Source: Octopus bimaculoides
Lineage: Eukaryota
Reading direction: 5' to 3'
NCBI RefSeq assembly: GCF_001194135.2
Contig: NC_068992.1
Span: 66,997,696-67,061,695, forward strand
Length of the DNA stretch: 64,000 nucleotides
Part shown: in pieces, positions 14,217 through 28,160 of the stretch
Position numbering within the stretch: the first letter of the stretch is position 1
How the letters are laid out: each line of letters starts with the position of its first letter
Notes under the pieces: generated by a model
Seen by the model: only the letters and a program-made list of their open reading frames with translations
Database searches by the model: none
Told to the model about the DNA's origin: nothing
Position numbers and translations under genes: made by a program

Positions 14217-15189
14217 CATTTATATATATATTTGTATATGTGGAGAGAGAGAGAGAGAGAGAGAGAGAAGGAAAAAGAAAAAAGAGGTGGAAATTGAAAG
14301 CAGAAGAGAAAAGTTAGTGTGAAACCGTATAAGAGAAGGAGAATGAGGTGAGGAGGAAGCTGATAGTGAAAGATGTACAAGTAAAAGAAACGAACGAGAT
14401 GGAGAGAGATGGGAAGGTATGCTTACACAGAAGCCCATATACACACATATATGCACACACACATACAAACACACACATATGTATTTATACACACGTGTGT
14501 GTATGTGTGTGCGTGTAAGAGTTGGAGAGTGAGAGATAAATGCAGCAGCGCGCTCGAGGAGAAAAGTTTTCTCTGAGAAAGGGAAAAGAGGAGTAAAAAT
14601 CCGTAAAGTGGACAAATAAATTGATGACTGAGAGATAACAAAATTTAAAGAAAGAGAAGGAGAAAGGTAGAGAAAGAAAGAGTGTGAAATAAGGTTTTAT
14701 GTTCTCAACAAATAATATATATTGAAAGTGATGAAATGTTAGAATTTGACCTTTAATTTTGAGACAAAAATATATAAAATATAAAATCCAAAAAGTGGTG
14801 TCAAAGAGAAAGAAAAACTGTGTGAACATTGTATAAGTTAACGTGAATAGATATGTGTGTGTTTGTGTGTGTGTGAGCGTTTTCCAATGTCTGATCGCTT
14901 TCATTGTCTACTGTTACACTTCACACAGTTTTGTCTATACACGTGCCTCAAACTGATTGGTTATTAATGGTTAATGTGTTATAGTTGGGAAAAATCATTA
15001 TAACCGTCGGATTCTTTCATATTAGAAGGCGCAAATATCAAAGTGTTCATTACGATAATATTGATTACAATGATTCTGATGATGATGTTAATTATAATCC
15101 TCCGTATTTCTCATATAACAGGTTAAGGGTTTTAACAGATTGAATCAAAGCTAAATTTTTATGTTCAATTTCCTTTAAAAAAAACAACT

Positions 15190-15304
15190 CAGTTGTGTTC
15201 TACCCCGGAGACACTTTATCAGTTTCTTTCAGTGATTTCACGCTATCATCTTCTGGTATTTGTATTCCATATCATGCATCTTCTCTCCCTTCATGTTAGC
15301 CATT

Positions 15305-15305
<1 letters not shown>
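15190..15305 (-). mobile_element. tiny RLE-type RT C-terminal fragment
   Basis: Minus strand reads GIQIPEDDSVKSLKETD, recalling the GI-x-LPDG-x-x-IK-x-L motif of R4/Dong RTs; abuts a (TAC)n tract. Confidence 0.35.
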
Positions 15306-15364
<59 letters not shown>

Positions 15365-15427
15365 CACTACTGAAATTCTGTTCTTACAAGATTTGTTCCT
15401 GACTTTCTTTTAAATCATTCGATTTAA

Positions 15428-15470
<43 letters not shown>

Positions 15471-15515
15471 CATAATAATAATAATAATAATAATAGTCAT
15501 GATGATGACGACGAC

Positions 15516-15571
<56 letters not shown>

Positions 15572-15600
15572 CGATGATGACGATGATGATGATGATGATA
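15305..15600. repeat. compound trinucleotide tracts (TAC)n, (TAA)n, (GAT)n
   Basis: Seen directly in the sequence. Confidence 0.95.
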
Positions 15601-16964
15601 ACAGACTATTATACATTGTTCAAGCAAACCTTGACAATGAATATTTAATCAAAAGGTGGCGCTGATTGTGTTAAAGTTACGAGAATATAAATTTAGAACT
15701 GAAATAAACACTTCGTTTCATTATTTCTAACTAAAACACGCATTTCATACCTCTCATCCATTAGTTCTAACATGTCTCCATTGCCATGGCATTCTTTGTA
15801 TTCTGTCTTCCTTCTAACGTATCTAGACTCCATTGTCCAAACCATTTGCCTGCACATTATCAATGAAAGACTTCCTGTTATTAAAGCCCTTTTCCTTCTT
15901 TGAATACAACTACTATCTCTAGCGTTCTCTGAATTCCTTCCACGAATACCGACAACTGTATACATGTCATACATTGATTCATTCTATCTCCATTTCTGCA
16001 ATAAATGGTTCTTACAACCCCACTAGGTTCATGCTCTCCACGTATCCCGACACAGCCGAACATGCTTACACTTCTCAGCAGTTCAGGACACTTAGTAACC
16101 GTGAGCGCATCTGCATCTCCTAAACGACTCACACTCACCTTCCATTAAGCGATTTCTCTTCTTCAAACAAATTATTTGTCTAGCCGAGTCAGTGTATGAA
16201 ATTGTGGCTTTTATATATATCATAAAATAAATGTATATGGGAAATGTTTTCGATTATAAATTGATATTTAATTTATATTTAGGGAGAGTTTAATGATAAA
16301 TATAAACGGCTTTGATAAATCTCTTGTAAAAGATATTTGTTTAAATAATCGCATTAAAAAAATGACCGAAAAAAACATCAAACCAATTTTTGTTCTCCTT
16401 TCATTGACCTCTCAGTTATAATAAAATAAATAATTAATTTCACTAAACTCATATTTTATTTGACATATATAAACGCTATTTTTTCTAAGTATTTTTAATT
16501 GTGCTCTTATTTTAAACCCCTTCTCTCTCACACTCTCACTTATTGTCTCTGTCTTTACTCTTTTCTGACTGTTTGCATTGGTAAATAACTTTCATACCTT
16601 CTCATTAATTTTAAACTTCTAAATCGGTGAAGAAAATTCCAGCTTACGGCGTCGATTACTATTTTACTCCTCCTTTTCGGTAATGTTTGTAGAAGAGGAA
16701 AAGTAGTACTAGATGCCCCATTTCAGGTGCTATCTGGCACATGGTGGAATGCTAATCTCTGACTCGACGCCTGACTAAAATACATACTGTAAAGTGGTTT
16801 CTGCACGAGTTTATCCTACATAATCTGTTACCAAGCATCGTTGCAATCTGGAAGTGTTACTGGGTTATATGTGCTATGGAAGTTACTCAGACATTGCTTT
16901 GTATCTCACATTTACATGTTTAATGAAGAGATTTTCATGGATCGTTTTCTCTCTCGCTGTCTTA

Positions 16965-17092
<128 letters not shown>

Positions 17093-18366
17093 GGAATAAT
17101 GTCCTGCTGTCGTTATTAACTAAAGAAGTACGAATGCAAACACTAGACTTTGAGGAGAGTATTCCAATCCTAGTTAAAAGATTATTATTTGTAATTTGTT
17201 CAATTAGAAATGGAAAATTATAAACTTGCCTCTGTAGAATCATGTTTTGCTCTCCATATCTAAAGTTTTGTAACACAATACGTTCCTCTGCAGCCAGGCA
17301 GAAATAGTTTACCTTTGCCGTCATCGGAGTTCTGACCAGCGAGAACAAAGGAAATCTTACCCAATTCTGCTGACAAAATGACCTTTTAAATAATATATTT
17401 GCTTATGGCGCAAACAAAATCATGATTCTGCATTCTTAAACAGCATTATTTTGTTGTTGTGGAAGAATAAGAGGTTTTGTTTTCTTCCATCGTTTGCTAA
17501 TTGCAAAGCTTCCCAGCTAGACGTACACAGATAACTGTCGCAGAGAATACCTAATTATATACATATGTATAAATAAAAAAGTCATACACAGCCTGAAGTA
17601 AAATTCAGTGCATTATAGAAACACATGACATTTTCTTTTTTTTTTTCTGAAGAATGTGTTGTTGTATTTAATGGAGATTGTGGGTAGATTCAGACAATTC
17701 ACGAAATAATAATGTTCCTGATTTTATTTCAGTGAATGTTAAAGTTGTTCTAATGATCTACACCGTTTCCTTCATATTATTCAGCATCAGTTTACAGGAG
17801 TAAATCGCCAGCGGTCATCTGATGGATCGATTCCAAATTGAAAATTATAGTCTCAATTGAGTTGAATAAAAAAAAAAAGCTCACTCACAAAGATGTGTAG
17901 AATTTGGAAGTATTTTTGTTTTTAGATTATAGTAAGGAATTTAAAGAATACTTTCAGAGTAATCTATAGAAACGACAACTGTGCCTGTCCTCAGCTTCTG
18001 GTTGCCTAATCAAAGAATTTTCCTCTACTCAGCTAGGTGTAGGTAGGTACTAAGCTAAGTTGTGAGGCTGCTGCATATGCCACCAGGGAAATATGTAGAG
18101 TAAGCTAACACCTTGTTACCTCAAATTTGGTAGTTTGATTGAGTGTTGCCAAGCGGCTAATCGTAATTCACAGATACGATCAACCGTCCGGCGACTCTAC
18201 ACTTTTTCACTGACAATTTCTTTCTTTCTCACCCTATATATAATATCCAGGCAGATACTGAATTTCTCTATGTAACATTCTAAAGCTGGTTCCTTCAGAT
18301 GGTGCGTTTTATGGTAAATTTCCTTTAATTCCCATATGATCTTACAGCTTTTTCCTGGCTATTTAT

Positions 18367-18410
<44 letters not shown>

Positions 18411-18430
18411 ATATGTATATATATTAGTCG

Positions 18431-18742
18431 AACTTATTATTTTCAAGCCTAGTACTTATTCTATCGGTCTCTTGTGCTTAACTGCTAAATTAAAGGAACG
18501 TAAACATACCAACACCAGTTGTCAATCGGTGATGGGGGGACAGACACAAAGACACACATATACACACACAAATATATGCATACATAAATATTCCATTTAG
18601 TTTCCGTCTACCAAATCCACTCACAAGACTTTGGTCAGCCTGGGGCTATAGTAGAAAGCATTTGCCCAAGGTGTCACGCAGTGGGACTGGACCCGGAACC
18701 ATGTTGTTGGGAAGCAAGCTTCCTTCTTACTACACAGCTATC
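18431..18742 (-). mobile_element. SINE family B, 3' tail missing
   Basis: Minus strand gctgtgtagtaagaag...ggttccgggtccagtcccactgcgtgacaccttgggcaa...gtgagtggatttggtagacggaaa. Confidence 0.8.
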
Positions 18743-20134
18743 AAGCACCTATGAATACGCCCCCAACATGCAAACACACACATACATACATGTAAAGGAC
18801 CTACTCCGAAATATAGATAAATCGACGCATACGTGTTTATTGTGTATAATTTACTGTTAAGCCTGCTACACAAATAGAAAACTCTATAATTTGAAGATGT
18901 TGATACGCATCAAAATATCTCAAGTAAACAATGCATATATACACAGACAACATAGACACATGGGTCCACAGACACGTACAAGCACACTCATATAAATATA
19001 CATACGCATAATGTATTAAAGTAACCGTTTAAATTACTGTTGCAGGCGACCTTTTCAATACAAGAAATATCGTTTGTATAAATGAATAAATAAATTGTAT
19101 TCGCAACGTTTTACATCGTAAGTTCAGTCTCCAATGACAATTATTGATAATGGAAGTAAAAAGAAAATAAACTTGGACATGCTTTCGTTTCGTTATTTTA
19201 AAGTCGGATAAGATTTTCTTGTGATATTTGTGGTTTCTTTTCTCCTTAGATTTATCGTTACAAACAGCGAGAAAAAAACTCCATTTATTTCTAAAATCAG
19301 GAAATAATCTCAGCTTGATAATCCAGACTTTTGTTGTATAATTCTAAATGAAGGCAATGCTGAGTATGCAATCATCAATGTTAATCAGTTGTTGATACAC
19401 ATGATACTAATTAGGTAATGTCAGTTAAACGATCTCACCACAAATGTCTAATTGAATACACATTCCTCGTAGAAATTTCAACGACAAATGTCTGTCGTAA
19501 TTTTACTACTGCTGTTGTCTTTGTTTCCTTGATAGCGTGCCAATAGAATTAAAGTCAATGTGATGATAGGCAGGATCAACCAGGCGGGGTTTTGAATGGA
19601 AGTGGTCGGAACAGAAACGTTTGTTCCGAAAGATGAGGCCGAGGACAGATCATAGCTCATATTATAGTGTCAGACTTGGGAGATTCATTGAAATTCTAAT
19701 CGCAGTGAAGTTCTAAATATTCGCTTTGTCTGTGAGTGTTGATTTGAACAAAGCAAATTACGTTTTAATGATATTAAGGAATACAAGGTAATAAGTTGTA
19801 AAATAATCTAAGCTGTAATAATTATGTGTAAATTGTTTATGCACACACACACATGTGTGTGCATGCATAAACATGTGTGCATGTGTGTATATGCGTGAAC
19901 ATTTATGTGTGTGCGTGTGTGTGTTTGCCTACGTATACATATCACAGCATCCCCGAGGAATATTAAATATTTCGGATGAAAATAAAATGCGATTTTCAGT
20001 TTGCTGACTGAGACTAATTATTCATTAGGAATGTGTAAATTAACACAATATAATTAATCCACAAAACTAGACGGAAATTCATGAACCGATATTCAGAAAA
20101 AGATTTTTTCCATACATTTAGATAATGACAAAGT

Positions 20135-20212
<78 letters not shown>

Positions 20213-20229
20213 TCTCTCTTCTGTGCATA

Positions 20230-20690
20230 TACGAGGTGGTAACAAAAACTTCCCAGACTAGTTACGGTTAATACAAAATAACTTATTTACCTAAGTTTTA
20301 ACATCGTCTCCTTCGAAATACTCCACTTGCATAGCAATACATCGGTTTCAGCGTTCCTGTCACTTTTGGAATCCGGCCTTGGAAGAGGTTTTCCGTGAGC
20401 GAGTTGAGGACCTTCTGCTTTTCACTCCTGATCTTGACAACGGTGTTAAAACAGCGACCTTTGAGCTGCAGTTTCATCTTAGGGAAGAGATGGAAGTCCA
20501 CAGGTGCTAAATCTGTCGAATAGCGCAGGTGTGGCAGTGACACCATGTTGTTTTTGGAGGAGAAATTCACGAGTGAGGAGAGCTTGGTGACAGGCTACAT
20601 TGTCGTCGGGAATAATCCAATTCTTCGTACTCCACAGATCTAGTCACTTTCGCCAAATGCCTTCCCTCAAGCGCTTCAAAGCGTCGCGTT
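20230..20690 (-). mobile_element. mariner DNA transposon, 3' fragment with one TIR
   Basis: Minus-strand translation LKRLREGIWRK*LDLWSTKNWIIPDDN...PHLRYSTDLAPVDFHLFPKMKLQLKGRCF matches the mariner HDNA and YSPDLAP motifs. The terminus is TA-TACGAGG. Confidence 0.92.
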
Positions 20691-20759
20691 TCACCTAAGC
20701 GCTTTATAGGTGCGAAAACAATGCTCACCACATGACCGGCCATAACATTAAACTTCGTT

Positions 20760-20831
<72 letters not shown>

Positions 20832-20874
20832 TATTACAGACACACACATAGATATCTCTCTCTATGTATATGAA

Positions 20875-21175
20875 GGTGCATGGCCCAGTGGTTAAGGTGT
20901 AGTACTCCCGATTGCGAGATCGTGGGTTCGATTCCCAGACCGGGTGTTGCATTGTGTTCTTGAGCAAAGCACTTCATTTCACGTTACTCTGCGGTCATTT
21001 CGTCATGTGACATGTGGCACCCCGTTGCACCTGTACAGGTAATGTTGATCTGATGGAGAGTATGAGCTTATGTCTCCTCAAACGTTTGATCACTAGGAAC
21101 AAATCATCTGTGTGGTTGTTCGGTAAGAATTTATCCAACGCTCATATGCCTCCTAACGACGGCAGAGTCCATCAT
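20875..21175 (+). mobile_element. tRNA-derived SINE (family C)
   Basis: A box TGGCCCAGTGG (20881-20891), B box GGTTCGATTCC (20925-20935), then a CORE-like gtgttcttgagcaaagcactt segment; no tRNA 3' acceptor end. Confidence 0.8.
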
Positions 21176-22090
21176 AAGTAAAGTAATAACTCTTTCTTAG
21201 ATATAATTCTGCAGAGTTTTGAACACACGCGTAACAACGGATTCTGTAAATCATGAATGATCTGATTTCCCTCATTCTTAATAAATTAGAATTTGAAGAG
21301 TTCATTATAATGATCTAAATTATCATTGTCTTACTAATTAAGATGAATGACATTATCAAAGTTAGAAGTATTCGTATTTAGAGACGTGTATGAGTGGAAT
21401 AATTAGATTGTAAGAGGTCTAATGAATCGCAGATAGAAAATTATGCTAAGAAGACTTAATTGCAATTATGAGAGGCCGATAAATTTGTTGATAATTTTGT
21501 TTGAATAATTGATATTTTACATGAAACGTCATTGGTTTTGATAACATAATCCCAGTGTGGTTAAATACTAATAACTATTGCTAGATACACACTTAACACT
21601 TTCCTAATTTTGTAATATCCATCAGCATTATCAATGTCATATTCTTAATAAGGACATTGTGTAAGAATTCTGTCTGAAGAGACCTTTATCTCGAGAGAGT
21701 TGTGAATTAATCATTATCCCGCTTTCAAACACATAACCCTGTAGAAATATCTATTTTACATTGCAACGGCTTTAGAAAATAAATTCTAACGAGAGTGTTT
21801 ATGATGCGAATCAACGTTTCTTCATACGATATTGGAGAAAACAGGTTATCTGCCAATGGGTAAAGAATTTTGAATTATTTCAATAATATAGCAATGAGTG
21901 AAATACATTATTTCAATACTTGTTATACCTTGTCCCAATCGACAACACATCAGAAAAAGAAACTGGAGCAAACTGGAGCGTAACAGACTATTGGCATTTT
22001 GCCTCTATTACACAAAGATTTAGGGCATTNNNNNNNNNNNNNNNNNNNNNNNNNNNNNNNNNNNNNNNNNNNNNNNNNNNNNNNNNNNNN

Positions 22091-22138
<48 letters not shown>

Positions 22139-24822
22139 TGCATATAGAATGATATATATAACGCCCTAATACGTTAGTACAAGATTCAAGTCTATTTCTG
22201 TAATGTGTGGCATAAATATTTAAAAATTGGGAAATAATGGCTTCGAAAATGTGCAGCTATTATAATGGGTCTGATGTATACGTCAGTAAAATATAATGAG
22301 CAAGACTCACTGAAAGGTCTGAAACAAAACTGAATCAACATGACAAGTGTCAACCGAGTCGGACACTAAATCAGCTTATTCTCTATTTGATCCTAGATTT
22401 AAAGTAGACGAACTATAAATATCTTAATAGAATATCTGTTAAAAATGACACGTAACTCGCTATAAAAATAAGTGTAGTTTCTTGAAACGAACTCCTAATA
22501 GCTTTCAATCTAATTCCCCAGGATATATTCTTGTGCATGGAACCACTTGTGTCTATATTTTATATTTGTTTTGCTGATAATATACATTGATTTCCATATT
22601 TTACCTTTCTAATTCCTTCCATTAATACCATTTTCCTCCCAAACTTCTTCAATCGATTAGTAGCACCAGTTTGGTGAATAGGTTCCAGCGCATTACATTT
22701 TCACAGTCAACATTACACCCCTAACGTACCACTCTGTACTCAGTATCTTACACGGGTGATTTGTCTCCCGCATAAAAGCCTTTTGAACATAATAATACAA
22801 AATAATATAAAATAAATCTAATTTGCATTTCCCCGGTACACGTCTCCTATTCAATTTAGATTATATTTAGCTTGCAATATATCTTTGTGTCGTTAGCTCT
22901 GGTGGCTTACATAAATATGAACTTAGTAGTGGGCTTACAGAAAGCAAACAATATATGCTTTCAGTATATCGCTGTAAAAATTAGATTTATAGTCACACAT
23001 AGATACCGAGAAGTTGTTTGATATAGAAGGGTGTTATTGATTTATTTTATACAGCAGGTGGTATGTAATAGAAAATATCAGTGCATATATATATATATAT
23101 ACTAATCAGGAAATAGAAAGGTGAAATGTGGATATAAAGTATGATCACAGCGATTACATTTGGTAATATGTTGTAATTTCTAGAAAATTCTCAACCTTTG
23201 ATTTCCAGGTAAAAGAGCAAGTCTGGTGATGTAGCGAATATTAGTAAATATATATTTTCATTGTGGTTGTTTTGAACTGTATCTAGCAGTGTTCAACTTT
23301 ATATCATCGCTACCTCACTGATATATAATGGATATAAATAGTTCAAATGCATATTTTCCAGAGACTGGAAGTCAAAAATGGTGCTATTAAAATATTGCTG
23401 GTTTTATGAAACAATGAACAAGTTCATACTTTTGAGAGATAAGAAATTTTAACTGGTGATATTTAATGGAAGAAATAATAAAACGCAAAAATAACCTTTT
23501 AGATATACCAAAGCAGAAAACTGATGGCATAAAATGGGAGGCACAACTCACATCGTGTCAATATTGCTGCAACAAAAGAGGCATCACAATAAATATTTGT
23601 ATATTTTGTATAGTTTCTGAACTGGAGATCAATGAATCTTAATTAATTGTGGGGTAGAAGTGGGTATGTAATGATGATATATAAAAGCCAATTAGATCTA
23701 AGGTTAGCTTATTAGCATATTGTCATCAGGTAGTGATAACATAGCAGTATATTTCATATAATTTATTTTCAAATAACATTCCATATTCTGTTATAATTAT
23801 GATAAGACACGTGGTGGTGCCAAGGTTATGGACACATTGTCAAAAAAGAGTACAGTACATTGTAGAAGGAAACATTTCCCAGTTGGCTATCTACATTTTC
23901 TTCATGGAGTGGAATATTATCTATAGAGATAAAATGAAATTATACTAGAGTGTACAAAAATAGTTAAATATGAGAAAAAATTATTTCGAAATTGTCCTTA
24001 TTTCTGACAGAGTTAATTTGCCATACAAAAATTCGCACACCGTATTTTGAAAAGTCCATTTCCTATTTTGCATTCTTCAGTTTAATATTTCCCATTAATC
24101 CTCTTCACACTCAACCCAATTTATTTCTCTTGTTATTTTAGGTTTAAACTCAAGTTTAAACTTACAGATATAATGTTCTGACGTTAAACAATCTACGGTT
24201 AGAAGCCACCGGTGCCACCTTTATCTCCCAACACTTCGTAGTCGATATAACAAAGCAGCCGTCAGGTACGGAAGTTGATACAAGCGACTGGTTTCTCACA
24301 GCCTATCATTAATTCCTATCTGTAATTTCCTCATTATTGATTGATTGATTTGAGCAGATACTCCGATCATACATTACACTTCCTCTATCACTTCACTCTC
24401 CCTTTCTATTTGATGTCTACCTTTCTTCAAGTAATCAACGACCTCGTATTCCCCAATTATTTCCTCCTCTCTTCAATACCACAACTATATACCACTCCTT
24501 ATGTTATTCATCAATGGACAATGCATTTCCATCCAACCACACTGTCGCCTTTAATGCTATTTTTATCCCTCTTCTTTCTGTTTCTTTCTCTACATCTTTA
24601 TATGCACACATTCGCTTCTATTTAATCTTTCTTTACTTATCTTTTAAACTTTTCTTTCTGTGTTAATTATTCCTTTCTCTCTTCATTTCAGGCCCTTTCA
24701 GGTCCTTTCGCTACATTTCCTCTTTTTCTATCTTTATTCTTTCGTCCTCACGCAGTATTTCCACTTCTCTTCTAGCAAGCAATATTTCATTCATTAATTT
24801 CTTCATTCATTCAGTCAGTTGT

Positions 24823-24853
<31 letters not shown>

Positions 24854-26234
24854 ACTCCTTTTCTTTTTTCGGATCCTTTGTTCTTTCCGCCCATCCCTCG
24901 AGATCTCCCTCTGTTAAATACAGCGAAGTCTTTCCTCTCCCGATTCCCTTCTCCATTACAGTCAATTTAACAACTCATACCACAAACTTCCTACTAATGC
25001 ATCATTGAATATTCGCCTGCAGCTAGTTATAATTTAGATTTGCCTTGCTTTCATCGGGTGATTAAAGTTAAAAGTGAAATGGTTTTGTGAGAAACGGTAG
25101 GAAAAAAAAAATCGCTGGTGAGAACAAAGTTTCTAAATTAGACTGAGAAATTTAAAGAATTGCTTTGACACAATGTGAGAACGCCTGCTATTCTTAAAGT
25201 AAACGTGGGACCGAGTTCCTCTGAGAGGCTTCGACTTTTACCATCCAGCTCAATATCCACGCGCTATGATCTGTAGCTTTCTCTACTTCGACTTCCAGCG
25301 TAAAAAACAAAACCTCTTCATTTTACTCAGATTTAATTTCTGCTTCCCGGATAACGAATTATTATTGTTTAAAGATTTGTCTCGCATTGCAAGCCAAAAT
25401 TATCGTCATATTTACCACTATATTCTCTATCATACCATCAAAAGAGAACGCCACATTCTATTATTCCGTTGTATCTCCAGAATTACTGAATTGCTTCATT
25501 TAAGTTCTGTTTGTATATTCTAAGCGTTCATCTTCCTGCAGGCGCGATAAAATTGACAATGCAATTATATATTATACAGTATATTAGATTGCCTCTTTCC
25601 AGAATGAATGACTTACGGTCTATATAAAACAACCCTGAAGACAAACTTAAAATTGTAATTAATATTGACTTATTCTAATTTATATTCAATGATATCATGT
25701 TTCCACACATTAAATAAAAGTCAAGCGTCGTTAAATTATATATATTTGTCTCCGGAAACAACGGAAAATGCATTGTTATTATGAAGAGATAAACAAATAC
25801 TGCAATAAAAATATATGTATGTGTGTGTATGTATGTGTGTGTGTGTGTTTATGTGTGTGTGTGTGTGTTTATGTGTGTATATTTAAGAAATAAGAATGAC
25901 ACAAGAATAACCAGTTATGACGTGATCTTCAATAGCTAACAGCTGTTTCTGCTATGAGATGCAATGCTCTAATAGTTGAATGTATGTGCATCATTCTATA
26001 GCATTATCGGAGCCTCAAACATGAAGTGCAATATTATTTGGGAAAACATTTACACACACGCACACACACACAAACATACACACACACACATCACATATGT
26101 ATATATAAATGCGTATATGTATATATGTACATATATGCATATGTATATATGTATATATATATATGTATATGTATATATATACATATATATATGTGTGTGT
26201 GTACATCTATATAATATAATATAATATAATATAT

Positions 26235-26305
<71 letters not shown>

Positions 26306-26623
26306 TAAAGATTTATAATAGTATAAAATACAATTATAATTAAGGGCACAGAAGGGTTCAGTGCCTTTATGCTGAAGATATATAGGTAGTGTCTATCCAA
26401 ACTTTATCTTGGGTGTTCTGTAAGAAGAGACGACAATACTCTGTAATTTGAAGCCGAGGGAGGCATCTCCTCCTCCTCCAGCTGGTTTATTCGTATATAT
26501 ATATGAAGCAGCAGAGGTGTATGTTGGCGTATGTACTTTTACGAGACGCAGGAGGAGGTAGGGGAAATAAAAGAAAAAAAAATATTTTAAAGGTAACGGA
26601 GAACTAAAGAGAAAAGTGTGTGT

Positions 26624-26659
<36 letters not shown>

Positions 26660-26869
26660 GTGTGCTTTATGCATTTGCATTCATGGCTTGTTCCTTTTTT
26701 ATTCATACCCACACTATGTATGTATATCTGTTATTGCTATTTATCTAGTTTTTTCTGTTTCTCTGTATAATTGTATGCTTATCGAGGTCTTTAGGCATTT
26801 ATAAATGTATGAAACTATTTATATGTATAGCTATATCTATATACATATGCAGCTACACGCACACACACA

Positions 26870-26901
<32 letters not shown>

Positions 26902-27348
26902 TGGAGGTGTTGTTGTGTGATATAAAGCTTGTTTTCCAATCATATGTTTCCGGAACAAGAACGCAACAGATGACAATAAAACATCCGGACAAAAAAAAAA
27001 AAAAAAAAAAAACCGACAGGAAAAAAACAAGGACGAGTTATTCGTGACATTCTCTCCTCGGTCAATTTTCGAGAATATCCTTACAATTTCGGCCGGTTAC
27101 GCATGAGACTGTTCAAATCTGGCTGGCCCTGAAAGTCTAAGCCAAAAGTATTAAATACTTTGGGAAAAACAAACGAATGTGTATGACAACAAAGACAAAA
27201 AAACATAAATAAAATAACTAAAACAAAAGTAAATGACGGAGAAAATGCTGCCCAATTACAAATACAAGCAATAACGAAGTAACAACAGGTGTCTTTCGAC
27301 TAATAGAGATGAATCAAGCTGAGCTGGCGTGTATAGAGAGAAAGTCTT

Positions 27349-27606
27349 GAGGCAGGAACATAGGAGATGAAGGTGGTGAGGCAGGAATATAAGAGATGAA
27401 GGTCATGAGGCAGGAATATAAGAGATGAAGGTCATGAGGCAGGAATATAAGAGATGAAGGTCATGAGGCAGGAATATAAGAGATGANNNNNNNNNNATGA
27501 GGCAGGAATATAAGAGATGAAGGTCATGAGGCAGGAATATAAGAGATGAAGGTCATGAGGCAGGAATATAAGAGATGAAGGTCATGAGGCAGGAATATAA
27601 GAGATG
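27349..27606. repeat. 29-bp minisatellite
   Basis: Unit GAGGCAGGAATATAAGAGATGAAGGTCAT, about 9 visible copies with an internal N-gap; the first unit is diverged. Confidence 0.95.
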
Positions 27607-27889
27607 CTTATATATCTGGTTATATCCATATATGTACCGAACTATGTATATATCTAGCTGTATAATTTCTTTCTTACAAAACATGTGTTAATGATTAAAA
27701 TTCTAAGCGTTGAAGGATGAATGGAATGATGTCAACATTGAGAATGTGAAACAGTTTAGGTATAATAGTAATGATTAAGAATAGATTTGAAACGGATTCG
27801 CGAGGTAAGTGGGTGGTAGCACAGGGATTCTAAATATAACAAATGATGAACGGATTTTAAAAGGAAAATAACTACGAAAACAAATATAT

Positions 27890-27950
27890 GCAGTGCCCCA
27901 GTATGGCCTCAATCTCATGGTGGAAACAAGTAAAGGATAAAAAATAAAAT
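27890..27950 (+). mobile_element. SINE family B extreme 3' tail fragment
   Basis: gtgccccagtatggcc...gaaacaagtaaaggataaaa matches the tails at 31718 and 44100. Confidence 0.5.
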
Positions 27951-28002
27951 ATTTACTCAAAAGAATAATGAATTTAAAGCTGTTATGTATTGGTTTCAAA
28001 TT

Positions 28003-28160
28003 TTGTCCCAAAATTTCTGCAACGTCGGGGCAGGGAGTGAAGTCCATTACATCAACCCCACTGCTCAACTGGCACTTATTTTAAATGATCCCAAATGGAT
28101 GAAAGGTAAAGTTGATCTCGGCGGATTTTGAACTCAGAACCTAAACCCAGACGAAATATA
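28003..28160 (-). mobile_element. SINE family A, partial
   Basis: Reverse complement of the 12491 body (actggcacttatt...gatgaaaggtaaagttgatctcggcggattttgaactcaga). Confidence 0.7.

Noticed and set aside
20875-20945. tRNA gene-like A and B boxes
   Set aside because: There is no acceptor stem or terminator and it continues into a SINE body, so it is a SINE head rather than a tRNA.
24142-24266. Exon-like segment with ttttag acceptor and CAG|gtacgg donor
   Set aside because: Stops occur in all frames from the strong acceptor; at best a UTR exon, which cannot be supported without transcripts.
27349-27606. CRISPR-like 29-bp repeats
   Set aside because: The units are directly tandem with no spacers, there are no cas genes, and the context is eukaryotic.
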